IMG/VR virus record: IMGVR_UViG_3300032665_001598
Length of the DNA stretch: 64,000 nucleotides
Direction: 5' to 3' (one strand)
Source: an uncultured virus (IMG/VR IMGVR_UViG_3300032665_001598)
Lineage: Duplodnaviria > Heunggongvirae > Uroviricota > Caudoviricetes
This document shows, one piece after another, positions 8,598 through 20,364 of this stretch (its first letter is position 1; each line of letters begins with the position of its first letter). Under the pieces are notes generated by a model that was given only the letters and a program-made list of their open reading frames with translations, made no database searches and was not told where the DNA came from. Position numbers and translations under genes: made by a program.

Positions 8598-9294
8598 AAT
8601 AGTTAATAGTTTTGTATACCAGCGTATACTAGAAACAGGTATGCCGAACCCAAACATACCTGCATACTTAACAGCAACCTATAGTCAATGCTATGAGGAC
8701 ATTATAGTCGAAGGATTATTACGGGCACACGTAAAAATACACGGAAGTCCTGAATCTATCGCTTTTGTGGAAATCGGTGCTAATCATCCTGTATGCACAA
8801 GTAGTAGTTATTTACTAAAAGAAAAGTTTGGAATACAAGCATTCCTAGTAGAAGCAAATCCAAAATTGATTCCGGCGTTGCAACAATTCCGCCGTGGGGA
8901 TATTATTATTCAAGCGGCAGTAGTTGACACAGACGAGCCCACGGTAGACTTTTACATTAGTGCCAATAATGAAACAAGCAGTCTAGATGATAAATTTGTT
9001 TCAATTAGAACACCAGGAATCGATGAAAAGATTACAGTACCGACTATCAGGGCCAACGAAGTATTAGCACGTGCAGATTCAGAAATGATTTTGTTAAGTG
9101 TAGACGTCGAAGGATATGACTTGCGTATTCTACAAGATATTGATTGGGTAAAATACAAACCATTTATTCTTATTGTAGAACCAAGTGAAGATTATAGTCC
9201 GGGTAGTACGCAAAGTATCATTGACTTTATGCTTGCTAACAATTATAATTTAGTAGCAGAAACAGATGTAAACTTAATATTCCAGAGACAATGA
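8590..9294 (+). CDS. FkbM-family methyltransferase
   Basis: VEIGANHP, VEANP, LSVDVEGYD motifs. Confidence 0.85.
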   Translation: MDKIVNSFVYQRILETGMPNPNIPAYLTATYSQCYEDIIVEGLLRAHVKIHGSPESIAFVEIGANHPVCTSSSYLLKEKFGIQAFLVEANPKLIPALQQFRRGDIIIQAAVVDTDEPTVDFYISANNETSSLDDKFVSIRTPGIDEKITVPTIRANEVLARADSEMILLSVDVEGYDLRILQDIDWVKYKPFILIVEPSEDYSPGSTQSIIDFMLANNYNLVAETDVNLIFQRQ

Positions 9295-10136
9295 AAATAT
9301 ACGATTGCTTTCCCTTTTACAATGAATTAGATTTACTAGACCTACGTTTAGCAGAGTTATACAATCATGTTGATCACTTTGTTATTGTAGAAGCAACTAC
9401 TACTTTCCAAAGTACTCCTAAGCAGTTATTCCTTAAAGATAACTGGGATCGGTATGCTCAGTATCATGACAAAATGATTCACGTTGTTGTTGATGATGCG
9501 CCCGGCGATCCAGATGCTTGGGTAAATGATATCTTCCAACGCAATGCTATCATGCGTGGACTAGATGGAGCAGACCCGGAAGATATTTGTATCATTGGTG
9601 ATGCAGACGAAATTTTACGTCCAGAAACAATTGATCACATACGAGCTAATCCTAAAGATATCATGGGATTCCGTATGCCGTATTTTAATTTCAAACTTAA
9701 CTATATGCTAGTTAATAATAATGAAAGTTATCACGTATGGACAGTTGCTTGCCGACGTAAGTTCTTAGAAGCACCAGATGCTTTCCGTGGAACTAGATTT
9801 AATTTAACACAGTTACCGATGAATTATGAAGATGACACTATCCGTATGTACGAACATGCAGGATGGCATTTTACCTACCTAGGCGATACAGAGTTTGTTA
9901 AGAATAAAATTCGTAGTTTTGCACACACAGAATTAAACAATGATCAAGTATTAAGCAACATTGATGTGGATGCTATGATCGCACGTGGGGTTGGATTCAA
10001 TCCACAAGACCCTAGGCCGTTTACACCAGTTGCAGTTGATGATTACTTTCCACGTACAGTAGTAGACAACCTAGCGCAGTATCAAGATAAAATTATTTCT
10101 GGGGTTACAAAAAGTGCCCGTGAACTTTTTAGCTAA
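9291..10136 (+). CDS. glycosyltransferase family 17-like
   Basis: IYDCFPFYNELDLLDLRL..L...VDHFVIVEA, QRNAI, DADEI, AGWHFTY. Confidence 0.85.
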   Translation: MKIYDCFPFYNELDLLDLRLAELYNHVDHFVIVEATTTFQSTPKQLFLKDNWDRYAQYHDKMIHVVVDDAPGDPDAWVNDIFQRNAIMRGLDGADPEDICIIGDADEILRPETIDHIRANPKDIMGFRMPYFNFKLNYMLVNNNESYHVWTVACRRKFLEAPDAFRGTRFNLTQLPMNYEDDTIRMYEHAGWHFTYLGDTEFVKNKIRSFAHTELNNDQVLSNIDVDAMIARGVGFNPQDPRPFTPVAVDDYFPRTVVDNLAQYQDKIISGVTKSARELFS

Positions 10137-10169
10137 TAAATAGTAGTATCAAATAATAACGGAGTTCAA

Positions 10170-11201
10170 ATGACAAAAAGAGTGTTAATCACTGGCGGTG
10201 CTGGCTTTATTGCACACCACGTAATCGAGCGTATCTTACGCACAACAGATTGGGAAATTGTAAGTCTAGATCGTTTAGACTTTAGCGGTAACTTAAACCG
10301 CCTTGCTGATATGATGCAAGACATTCCTAAAGATCAGCAAAATCGTTTAAAAATTGTATGGCATGATCTTAAAGCAGAAATCAATCCGCTTACTGCCGCA
10401 ATGATTGGCGATATCAATATTGTACTACACTTGGCCGCAGGTAGCCACGTAGACCGTAGTATTGAATTCCCAATGGAATTTGTTATGGACAACGTGGTTG
10501 GCACAACCAACTTGCTACAGTATGCACGTACACTACCTAACCTAGATCGCTTTGTTTATTTCTCAACAGATGAAGTATTTGGTCCAGCACCAGAAGGTGT
10601 TAATTACGCTGAGTATGATCGTTACAACTCAACAAACCCTTACTCAGCATCAAAAGCGGCCGCAGAAGAAATTTGCGTAGCGTTTGAAAACACCTACAAG
10701 TTACCTATTGTAGTTACACATACTATGAATGTGTTTGGCGAACGTCAACATCCGGAGAAGTTTATCCCGATGGTAATCCAAAAAGCACGTGATGGTGAAG
10801 TTGTTACTGTACACAGTGATCCAAGCAAAACTATCGCAGGTTCACGTCATTACATCCACGCCAAAGATGTAGCAGATGGCCTAATGTTTATTCTTGAGAA
10901 CTTACAAGACTACAAGCATACAGGTGATTACGGCGGAGCCAAGTGTCCTAAGTTTAACCTGGTCGGGCCAGAAGAAATCGATAACCTAACACTTGCTAAA
11001 ATGATTGCTGCGGCAGTAGGTAATGAACTACAGTATGAAATGACCGACTTCCATTCAAGCCGTCCTGGGCATGACTTGCGTTACGCACTCAGTGGCGAAT
11101 TGTTAAAGAGCCTAGGTTGGGAACCAAAGATCAAGTTCAGTGAACGTGTTAAAGAAGTAGTTGAATGGACATTAGTTAATACTCGTTGGTTGCGTAAATG
11201 A
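10170..11201 (+). CDS. dTDP-glucose 4,6-dehydratase (RmlB-like)
   Basis: TGGAGFI, HLAAGSHVDRSI, STDEVFG, YSASK, RPGHDLRYA. Confidence 0.92.
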   Translation: MTKRVLITGGAGFIAHHVIERILRTTDWEIVSLDRLDFSGNLNRLADMMQDIPKDQQNRLKIVWHDLKAEINPLTAAMIGDINIVLHLAAGSHVDRSIEFPMEFVMDNVVGTTNLLQYARTLPNLDRFVYFSTDEVFGPAPEGVNYAEYDRYNSTNPYSASKAAAEEICVAFENTYKLPIVVTHTMNVFGERQHPEKFIPMVIQKARDGEVVTVHSDPSKTIAGSRHYIHAKDVADGLMFILENLQDYKHTGDYGGAKCPKFNLVGPEEIDNLTLAKMIAAAVGNELQYEMTDFHSSRPGHDLRYALSGELLKSLGWEPKIKFSERVKEVVEWTLVNTRWLRK

Positions 11202-11914
11202 TCAAACACGCATTTATCGTAACCAGTGCAGTCAACAGTAAGTTTGGCGTATTCAAACCCGAAGAACGGTTGCAACAAACCATTGACACAATTAACAGTA
11301 TCAAGTCTAAGATTCCTACTGCTCTTATTGTTATTATGGAATGTTGCGGAGAACCAATCAAGCCTACACAAGAAGCTATTCTACGTAGTAACTGTGATGT
11401 ATTTGTTGATTACAGTCAGGACGAAGAAGTACAAGCATTGTATGATAACGATAACTGGGACGTAGTAAAGAACGGAACAGAAATCATGTGTTTTGGTCGT
11501 GCATTGGCTGTATTAGCGCATGAAGGACTTTTTGCTAATATTGATCGTATACACAAGATGTCTGGTCGATATATTCTTAACGATATGTTTGATGTAGAAA
11601 CATACGAACAGTCTGATGTGCAGGATAAAATTGTTATTGGACCAAAATACAAAAGCCAATTCCCGCCAGAAATAACACAGGTGCCATTTCAATACATGGC
11701 TCGCTTATGGTCTTGGCCAACTAGTCGTGTAGATGAAGTTGTTAAGGTATACGGAGATTCATTTATTTTCTTTGCTGAACGTTTAAGTCAAGGCGGTTAT
11801 GTGGACATTGAACACGTGCTTGCTAAATTCTTAGATCCTGCAAATGTTCACGAAATTGCCAATCTTGGTGTGGAAGGACAAATTGCACCAAATGGAACAC
11901 CTATTAAGAACTAA
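11198..11914 (+). CDS. hypothetical protein in the sugar-modification cluster
   Basis: 238-aa ORF coupled to both neighbours; K.SGRY motif. Confidence 0.7.
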   Translation: MIKHAFIVTSAVNSKFGVFKPEERLQQTIDTINSIKSKIPTALIVIMECCGEPIKPTQEAILRSNCDVFVDYSQDEEVQALYDNDNWDVVKNGTEIMCFGRALAVLAHEGLFANIDRIHKMSGRYILNDMFDVETYEQSDVQDKIVIGPKYKSQFPPEITQVPFQYMARLWSWPTSRVDEVVKVYGDSFIFFAERLSQGGYVDIEHVLAKFLDPANVHEIANLGVEGQIAPNGTPIKN

Positions 11915-13140
11915 TGGAAGATTGTACACAAATTACAGAATGTCTTGCATGTGGCGGCAATGATCTAGTATTGACATTAGATTTACAAGATCAGCCACTG
12001 GCAAATAACTTCCAGGAACATGCCGGAGTTCTAGATACAGATTTATGGTTCCCACTTGCAATTAACCGTTGCACTAACTGTAACCACCTACAACTTACAC
12101 ATGCAGTTAACCCTGCACTAATCTACACACACTATCTATATGTTAGCGGAACTAGCGGCACCTACGTAGAGTACATGGATTGGTACGCCAATTTTGTGCG
12201 TGAGCAATTTGATCGTTGGCCCGATGGCGGAGTATTGGACATTGGCTGTAATGATGGTAGTCAACTTAACGCATTTAAAAAGATCAAATTACAAACATTT
12301 GGGGTAGATCCAGCAACTAACTTACACGCTAAGTCAAGTGCTAACCACAATGTGGTACTGGGATTCTGGGACGAAGATAGTGCAGGTAAGTTAGGTAGAG
12401 ACTTTGATATTATTACTACACAAAATTCATTTGCTCATATTCCTGATCCACTTGCATATTTACGTCTTGCCCGGGATTATTTACGTAACGATGGCAAGAT
12501 CTTTATTAGCACAAGTCAAGCAGACATGGTGCCAAATGGAGAGTTTGACACTATCTATCACGAGCATATTAGTTATTACAATGCGTATAGCATGAAGTGT
12601 TTAGCAGAACGTGCCGGCTTGTATTTGAATGATGTAATTAAAACTCCTATCCACGGAACTAGTTATATCTTTATCTTATCCAAGAAAGCTACAGAACAAG
12701 CACGTGTAGAAAACATCCTTGCAAATGAACGAGCACTTGGATTACAAACGCCTGAAACCTATACCAAGTGGGCAGAAGGTGTAAACAAACTAATCACTCG
12801 ACTTAAAGATCAACTTGACGAATATCGTCATCACGGATATCATATTGTTGGGTACGGCGCTGCTGCTAAAGGTATGACCTTAATCAATGCAAGCGACATT
12901 TATTTAGATGCGGTTGTTGATGATAACCCCTTGAAACAAGGCCTATTCTGTCCAGGTACAACTATTCCAGTAGTTAGTTCTGATTATATCAAGGGCATTC
13001 GCAACAAGGACAGCGTGATATTCGTCCCGCTTGCGTGGAATGTTTATAACGAGATTGTCAAGAAGATTCGCAATATACGTGATAACGAAAACGATTTGTT
13101 TATTAAATACTTTCCCACAATAACACACGAATCTTTTTAA
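11914..13140 (+). CDS. NDP-sugar C-methyltransferase-like protein
   Basis: N-terminal CxxC...CxxC zinc site, DIGCNDG SAM motif, FDTIYHEH, YGAAAKG. Confidence 0.88.
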   Translation: MEDCTQITECLACGGNDLVLTLDLQDQPLANNFQEHAGVLDTDLWFPLAINRCTNCNHLQLTHAVNPALIYTHYLYVSGTSGTYVEYMDWYANFVREQFDRWPDGGVLDIGCNDGSQLNAFKKIKLQTFGVDPATNLHAKSSANHNVVLGFWDEDSAGKLGRDFDIITTQNSFAHIPDPLAYLRLARDYLRNDGKIFISTSQADMVPNGEFDTIYHEHISYYNAYSMKCLAERAGLYLNDVIKTPIHGTSYIFILSKKATEQARVENILANERALGLQTPETYTKWAEGVNKLITRLKDQLDEYRHHGYHIVGYGAAAKGMTLINASDIYLDAVVDDNPLKQGLFCPGTTIPVVSSDYIKGIRNKDSVIFVPLAWNVYNEIVKKIRNIRDNENDLFIKYFPTITHESF

Positions 13141-13145
13141 ATAAT

Positions 13146-14036
13146 ATGAAATTAGAAAAACCCATTAACATTCTTGTACAAAGACGTGCTGCCATTGGTG
13201 ACGTTATTATGACTACAGGCGTTGTGCGTGAGTTAAAACGTAAGTTTGGAGATGATGCTCAAATTGATATTGCTACAGATTTTGCGGAACCATATCGCAA
13301 TAATCCGCATATTAGAAATATATTCCCGGTTGATCAGATTCCAGATGTAAAAAGCCGATGGGATTTATATTTTAATTTAGATGATGCATACGAGCTCAAT
13401 CCTACTGAACACTATGTAAAGAACTATTTTTATCGCGTGTTTGCAGATACTACTCGCAATATGGCTGTAGAACTATTCCCCACAGAAGAAGATAAGATTG
13501 CTGTAGACGCAGACTTAAAAGAAATTGGTACCAAGTTTATTGTTGTTCACATGCGTAATTGGCACTGGACTGCAAAGAACATTAGTATGGATGTATGGTT
13601 AGAAGTATTTGGCAAACTGTTTGAAGCTTGTGCAGACTTTAAAGTAGTATGTGTGGGCGGCACAACAGATCATTGGGTAGATCATCCCTTGTTTGTTGAT
13701 CTACGTGGTCAATACAATAGTCAGCAAATTAAGTATCTATGCGATCATGCCAAGGCATTTGTTGGTATTGATAGCGGGCCATTCCATTGTGCCGCAGCAA
13801 GTAGCACTCACATCATTGCTTTACTAACGCACTTAGATCCCGATGTTATTATTCCACAACGTCGACATGAAGATGGATATCATACTACTGCTATTCCAAC
13901 AGAAGAAGACTGCCGAGGCTGTAATCGAGATCAAGCCCGCCCTGTACGTCAGTTAGTATGCAAAAAAGGTAACACACCTTGCAATAACAATTTTGATACA
14001 GATGTAATAGCACAAGCAATTTTAAGACAACTATGA
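13146..14036 (+). CDS. glycosyltransferase family 9 (heptosyltransferase-like)
   Basis: AIGDVIMTT and FVGIDSGPFHCAAA motifs. Confidence 0.85.
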   Translation: MKLEKPINILVQRRAAIGDVIMTTGVVRELKRKFGDDAQIDIATDFAEPYRNNPHIRNIFPVDQIPDVKSRWDLYFNLDDAYELNPTEHYVKNYFYRVFADTTRNMAVELFPTEEDKIAVDADLKEIGTKFIVVHMRNWHWTAKNISMDVWLEVFGKLFEACADFKVVCVGGTTDHWVDHPLFVDLRGQYNSQQIKYLCDHAKAFVGIDSGPFHCAAASSTHIIALLTHLDPDVIIPQRRHEDGYHTTAIPTEEDCRGCNRDQARPVRQLVCKKGNTPCNNNFDTDVIAQAILRQL

Positions 14037-14848
14037 AAAACATTACCTTAGTAGCAATTGAATTCCAGTGGTATGATTTAACTCGTCACGCAATTGAACA
14101 CAGTTTAAAACACATTGATCCAAAAGAAATATTAGTTATCAGTGATCGAGAAATTTATCCTGGTGCCAAGCATATCATTGTACCACCGGTTGCCAACATT
14201 AGCGAGTATGCTGATATCATGCTTAAAGGTACTGCTGAACACGTTGATACTAGCCATGCGCTATATGTACAATGGGATGGCATGGCAAACGATAGCGAAC
14301 TATGGTTAGATCACTTTATGGAGTTTGACTATATCGGTGCACCTTGGCCATGGGAACAAGAAGGACGTAACGTTGGCAATGGTGGCTTTAGTTTACGCAG
14401 TAAGAAACTATTAGATGCTTGCCAGGATCCCGCTATCAGTTTAACCCCAGAAGAATCTGTTGCAGAAGATAATATTATTGGCAAAACTAAAAGAGCATAC
14501 TTAGAAGAACAATACGGCATACAGTTTGCTCCTACCACAGTAGCACAGCAATTTAGTTTTGAATTAGGCACATACAAGCCAAGTTTTGGATTCCACGGAC
14601 TTTGGAACATATTTAACTTTATGCCTGACGCAGATATGGATTACTTCATGCCCAAGATTAACTATGCAGGATGGAACATTTATAAATGGCACCATGTACT
14701 TGCCGCAGTTATACGTAGAAATCGCATGGATATCTATGAGTACATGATAGATCAACTAGTTAAGAATAGTCCAGACCTACTAGACGGTGTTGCACAATGG
14801 TTAGAGCGTGATGCCCAAAATCCACAAACTAACTTAGTTATTAATTGA
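14033..14848 (+). CDS. DUF5672-like putative glycosyltransferase
   Basis: QWDG, DYIGAPW, VGNGGFSLRS, ED, FGFH motifs. Confidence 0.75.
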   Translation: MKNITLVAIEFQWYDLTRHAIEHSLKHIDPKEILVISDREIYPGAKHIIVPPVANISEYADIMLKGTAEHVDTSHALYVQWDGMANDSELWLDHFMEFDYIGAPWPWEQEGRNVGNGGFSLRSKKLLDACQDPAISLTPEESVAEDNIIGKTKRAYLEEQYGIQFAPTTVAQQFSFELGTYKPSFGFHGLWNIFNFMPDADMDYFMPKINYAGWNIYKWHHVLAAVIRRNRMDIYEYMIDQLVKNSPDLLDGVAQWLERDAQNPQTNLVIN

Positions 14849-14910
14849 CATACAGCAGTTTTTCGTAGTACAATAACACAAATCATTTATTTTATTAAAA
14901 GGAGTTCATA

Positions 14911-15210
14911 ATGAATCTTAAACCTCTATCCGACAGAGTTGTAGTTCGCAGAGTCGACAGCGAAACAGTAACTAAAGGTGGTATCTTTATTCCTGACGCC
15001 GCCGCAGAAAAAGCAGATCAAGGTACAGTACTAGCAGTAGGTCCGGGCAAACGTAACAAAGAAACAAGTGAATTAATTGCACTTGATGTTGCTGTTAACG
15101 ATCGTGTATTGTTTGGCAAGTTTTCTGGTCAGACTGTCAAGATTGACGGAGAAGAATTATTGATTTTAAAAGAGGAAGACATCCTCGGCGTTATCACACT
15201 AGGAGAATAA
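14911..15210 (+). CDS. groES: co-chaperonin GroES
   Basis: [33 protein letters not shown]. Confidence 0.95.
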   Translation: MNLKPLSDRVVVRRVDSETVTKGGIFIPDAAAEKADQGTVLAVGPGKRNKETSELIALDVAVNDRVLFGKFSGQTVKIDGEELLILKEEDILGVITLGE

Positions 15211-16833
<1,623 letters not shown>

Positions 16834-16852
16834 GTTAGTAGGTACTAACATT

Positions 16853-16876
16853 AAACCCACTTCGGTGGGTTTTTTG
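16853..16876 (+). terminator. intrinsic terminator
   Basis: AAACCCAC-TTCG-GTGGGTTT plus T run. Confidence 0.85.
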
Positions 16877-16905
16877 TTGACCAAAAATACTCAAAATAGT
16901 ACAAT
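16877..16905 (+). promoter_or_regulatory. early-type sigma70 promoter (conserved-spacer family)
   Basis: TTGACC-N17-TACAAT. Confidence 0.7.
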
Positions 16906-16914
16906 AGCAGTATT

Positions 16915-17229
16915 ATGAAAATCGTAAAGCTAAACCGCAGACACACAGCCTTTAAAAAATGGGGCTTCCCAATTGGCATACGGTTTGATGCCTGGGACGA
17001 TACTGCCAGAGCCGCAGACACATATCTTTCAAACACATATAATACAGCCAGCTACCAAAGACCTGACTGTTCGTGGAGCAAGGTACGAGTACAATGGTAT
17101 GGTAACTGGGGTAATAAGAGTAAGAACTTTAAAGATTTATGCCCACGTCGCCCGTATTGGATATATTTACGCAACGAAGCAGATCTTACAATGCTCGTTC
17201 TTAGTAGAGTACTAGATGAAAGTAATTAA
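16915..17229 (+). CDS. hypothetical protein (paralog of the next ORF)
   Basis: MKIVKLNRRH...IYLRNEADL. Confidence 0.75.
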   Translation: MKIVKLNRRHTAFKKWGFPIGIRFDAWDDTARAADTYLSNTYNTASYQRPDCSWSKVRVQWYGNWGNKSKNFKDLCPRRPYWIYLRNEADLTMLVLSRVLDESN

Positions 17230-17506
17230 ATTAGACCGTAGATACGCAGGTAGTAGCAAATGGAAATTTGCTATACAGTTTGCCGGTACTGCAAAACACT
17301 CTCGAACTGAGCGTGTTAGATACCAATTGGCGTTTCGACGATTGTATGGTGACGACCGCGAACTTAATTCTGATAAGACTGTACCTATCTTTAGTAAAGA
17401 GTGGTACTTTTGGAATGAAAACTGGAGACTTGATTTAAAGCACAATCGCATCTACTTTAACAACGAAGGTGATGTCAGTGCAGTCTTGTTGGTGATTGAC
17501 CAATAA
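17216..17506 (+). CDS. hypothetical protein (paralog of the previous ORF)
   Basis: MKVIKLDRRY...IYFNNEGDV. Confidence 0.75.
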   Translation: MKVIKLDRRYAGSSKWKFAIQFAGTAKHSRTERVRYQLAFRRLYGDDRELNSDKTVPIFSKEWYFWNENWRLDLKHNRIYFNNEGDVSAVLLVIDQ

Positions 17507-17524
17507 ATCCCGAAATGCTATAAT
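17496..17524 (+). promoter_or_regulatory. early-type sigma70 promoter
   Basis: TTGACC-aataaatcccgaaatgc-TATAAT. Confidence 0.75.
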
Positions 17525-17553
17525 AGTCGTATGTTATATAAAAAGGACTATTA

Positions 17554-18018
17554 ATGAAGTACTTCGCGTACGGTATGAATACTAACCAGGCCCAAATGGC
17601 CAATCGTTGTCCTAGTGCTAAAAGCCTTGGTAAAGCAGTATTAATGAATCACGAGTTTCGATTCGCACGTCACGCAGATATAATCGAAAATCCCGACTAT
17701 AATTGCCAAGGAGTATTATGGGATATTACCGCAGAATGTGAAAAGTCGTTAGATGCATTAGAAGGATTCCCTACATATTATCTAAAGAAAACAGTTAGGG
17801 TATTACATAATGGTAAGGCTGTAGAATGTATGGTATATTATATGGCCGGAGAACAAATTGACGAATTACCTAGCGATGGGTATTTAGAAATGTTATTCGA
17901 AGGATATAAAGAACATAATATCGATGATTATCAGATATACGAAAGTTTGACATTAATTAACAGTATTAAACAACGTCAGAAACAATTACAATCCAGGTAT
18001 TTTCCAGAGGAACTATAA
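17554..18018 (+). CDS. gamma-glutamylcyclotransferase-like (GGCT/AIG2) protein
   Basis: YFAYGMN, GVLWDI, LDALEG.P..Y motifs. Confidence 0.85.
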   Translation: MKYFAYGMNTNQAQMANRCPSAKSLGKAVLMNHEFRFARHADIIENPDYNCQGVLWDITAECEKSLDALEGFPTYYLKKTVRVLHNGKAVECMVYYMAGEQIDELPSDGYLEMLFEGYKEHNIDDYQIYESLTLINSIKQRQKQLQSRYFPEEL

Positions 18019-18221
18019 TGAAACTAAAGAATATGATTATTGAAACAGAATATGATAATGCTTTCCCCCAAGATCGAGAGTTTACTGATTGGGTTAATGC
18101 AATTGATTATGAGTATAATGAAAAGGATAATGTTCCTGCGTTAGAAGTCAATGATAAGACCAATATAGTGTTGCATAAAGACGACACTGATTATAGCCCG
18201 TACATTACTATAAACAGTTAA
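18018..18221 (+). CDS. hypothetical protein
   Basis: TAATG-coupled acidic 67-aa ORF. Confidence 0.6.
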   Translation: MKLKNMIIETEYDNAFPQDREFTDWVNAIDYEYNEKDNVPALEVNDKTNIVLHKDDTDYSPYITINS

Positions 18222-18227
18222 TTTTGG

Positions 18228-18256
18228 TAGACCGTTAATTCCCAAAATGCTATACT
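18228..18256 (+). promoter_or_regulatory. early-type sigma70 promoter
   Basis: TAGACC-gttaattcccaaaatgc-TATACT. Confidence 0.7.
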
Positions 18257-18286
18257 GTTGTTATAGTAAATAACAAGGAGAAACAA

Positions 18287-18475
18287 ATGCAATTATTTGA
18301 AGTTTCATACAGTTTAGGTCAACGTGCTGATTCAGGTAGCTGGGCTGGTTCAAGTTCGACACAGAATCTTAAAATGACTGTACAAGCACTCCATGTTGGG
18401 CAAGCCCGTGCAATGGTTGAAAGCATGAATGGCGGGTACAAGCATTGTCAGATTCATAGTGCTAATCAAAAATAA
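18287..18475 (+). CDS. hypothetical protein
   Basis: Own promoter and AAGGAG RBS. Confidence 0.75.
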   Translation: MQLFEVSYSLGQRADSGSWAGSSSTQNLKMTVQALHVGQARAMVESMNGGYKHCQIHSANQK

Positions 18476-18481
18476 TTTTGG

Positions 18482-18510
18482 TTGTTCAATAAATCCATTT
18501 AATGTATAAT
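18482..18510 (+). promoter_or_regulatory. early-type sigma70 promoter
   Basis: TTGTTC-N17-TATAAT. Confidence 0.65.
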
Positions 18511-18538
18511 AGTTGTATAGTTAATTAAAGGAGCATTT

Positions 18539-18838
18539 ATGAGTCAGAACCATTTAGCCCAGTATAATGTAGAAGAATTGCAAGGTTACTTTAGCGATTT
18601 CCACAAGGATTATTATGGTTTTCGTCCACGTTTTGCTACCCCTGAACAATGGCGTGATCGTAGTTGGTTGGAAGAGCAGATTACTGCAATCCATGACGCT
18701 ATCGACACAATGAAGGAAACTTCAGAAGGTCGCGCAGAATTGCGCCGTCAGGGTTGGTCGGTTGAAGAAAGTGATTTTGATGTGTTGGAACAGGCCGAAG
18801 AGCTAGCCAATGCTGATGCGGTATATTACGGGGCTTGA
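18539..18838 (+). CDS. hypothetical protein
   Basis: AAGGAG RBS; SDFHKDYYGFRPR motif. Confidence 0.8.
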   Translation: MSQNHLAQYNVEELQGYFSDFHKDYYGFRPRFATPEQWRDRSWLEEQITAIHDAIDTMKETSEGRAELRRQGWSVEESDFDVLEQAEELANADAVYYGA

Positions 18839-18863
18839 CCCATAATTCGTTTTAATGTATAAT
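18835..18863 (+). promoter_or_regulatory. early-type sigma70 promoter
   Basis: TTGACC-N17-TATAAT. Confidence 0.75.
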
Positions 18864-18894
18864 AGTTGTATTGTTAATAAAGAAGGAGCTAAAA

Positions 18895-19941
18895 ATGAGT
18901 GTATCTTTTATTCGTGTTAAAGCTGGCGCATATCGCACTACAGATGTAAGCGGCCAGGTGTTTCAGTTAGTAGAGCAGTACAAAAATACAGCCAAAGGTG
19001 GCTATGTTACTGTTAAGAATGGTGACAAGTTTCCTGGCTTCCCAGAAGACATCCGTGTTAAGGTCGAAGGTATGAGTGATTATGAGTTTGTAAGCGAGGT
19101 AGAGTTTGTTGAAGCTGGCAATACTCCTATTGCTGAAGCCAAGGCTTTAGAAGCATTGGGCGCAGAAACAGACGAAGCGGTTATGGAACGTATCCGTCAG
19201 CGTTTTGAAATCTTAGACGAAATGACTACAGCGGCAACCACAGGTGATATTCGTGCAATGATTGTAAGTGGCCCTCCTGGAGTAGGTAAGAGCTTTGGCG
19301 TAGAACGCATTGTTGAAAAGGCTTGTTTATTTGATCAAATCTCAGGCAAGCGTTTACGTGCAGAAGTAATTAAAGGTAGTACCAGTGCATTAGGTTTGTA
19401 TTGTGCATTATATAAGCACAGTGATGCGAACTGTATGTTAGTGTTTGATGACTGTGACTCTATTTTGTTAGATGACGTGTCGTTGAACTTGCTTAAAGGT
19501 GCATTAGACTCTGGCAAGAAGCGTAAGATTAGCTGGTTATCTGATAGCCATATGCTAAGTCGTGAAGGAGTTCCTAACTCATTCGAGTTTAAGGGTAGTG
19601 TAATCTTTATTACCAACTTGAAGTTTGACAAAATGAAGAGTCAAAAGTTGCGTGATCACTTAGATGCATTACAATCCCGTTGTCATTATCTGGACTTGAC
19701 ACTTGATACAATGCGTGATAAGATTTTACGTATCAAGCAGATTGCCCAAGATGGCGAATTGTTTAGTGAATATGAATTCCAACAATCTGAACAAGATGAA
19801 ATTATCGAGTTCATGGAAGCAAATCAAAACAAGTTCCGTGAAATGAGTTTGCGTATGGCTATTAAGATTGCAGACTTGAAAAAGAGCTTTCCACTTAAAT
19901 GGAAAGCCATGTCAGAAGTAACTTGTATGAGAGCAGCATAA
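18895..19941 (+). CDS. AAA+ family ATPase
   Basis: Walker A GPPGVGKS, Walker B VFDDCD, IFITN sensor; ATG 18895 follows AGGAG. Confidence 0.88.
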   Translation: MSVSFIRVKAGAYRTTDVSGQVFQLVEQYKNTAKGGYVTVKNGDKFPGFPEDIRVKVEGMSDYEFVSEVEFVEAGNTPIAEAKALEALGAETDEAVMERIRQRFEILDEMTTAATTGDIRAMIVSGPPGVGKSFGVERIVEKACLFDQISGKRLRAEVIKGSTSALGLYCALYKHSDANCMLVFDDCDSILLDDVSLNLLKGALDSGKKRKISWLSDSHMLSREGVPNSFEFKGSVIFITNLKFDKMKSQKLRDHLDALQSRCHYLDLTLDTMRDKILRIKQIAQDGELFSEYEFQQSEQDEIIEFMEANQNKFREMSLRMAIKIADLKKSFPLKWKAMSEVTCMRAA

Positions 19942-20042
19942 TGTTTGCTTGGATAGTAGTATTCATTGTACTATTTTCCGGGCACACAGATTTAGCCGTA
20001 GCATTGGCAGTTATTTTATTTTTATTGGAGATCATATTATGA
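19941..20042 (+). CDS. small hydrophobic membrane protein (33 aa)
   Basis: MFAWIVVFIVLFSGHTDLAVALAVILFLLEIIL; TAATG and ATGA coupling on the two sides. Confidence 0.55.
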   Translation: MFAWIVVFIVLFSGHTDLAVALAVILFLLEIIL

Positions 20043-20362
20043 AAGATATTTTTACAGGCATCACCGGTATTATTGTAGCGATTGGTATTTTGTTTGGTAT
20101 TAGTTTACTAGGCTATGAAAGTTACAAGTTCTTTGTACCTAAGTATCGTGCAGTAGATAATCAAGTATTCAAAGAGTCTGAACAGTATAACGATGGTATG
20201 ATTCGTGACTTAGAGAATTTGCAAGTAGAATATATCAATGGTGATGCAGATAAGAAGCAGGCTCTACGTGCTATTGTACTGCATCGTTTTAGTGTATATC
20301 CAGAAGATAAGATGCCCCCAAACCTACGTAATTTTTATGAACAACTAAAGGCAGGTAAGTAA
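20039..20362 (+). CDS. N-terminally membrane-anchored protein
   Basis: GGAG RBS before ATG 20039; hydrophobic N-terminal helix. Confidence 0.75.
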   Translation: MKDIFTGITGIIVAIGILFGISLLGYESYKFFVPKYRAVDNQVFKESEQYNDGMIRDLENLQVEYINGDADKKQALRAIVLHRFSVYPEDKMPPNLRNFYEQLKAGK

Positions 20363-20364
20363 TT

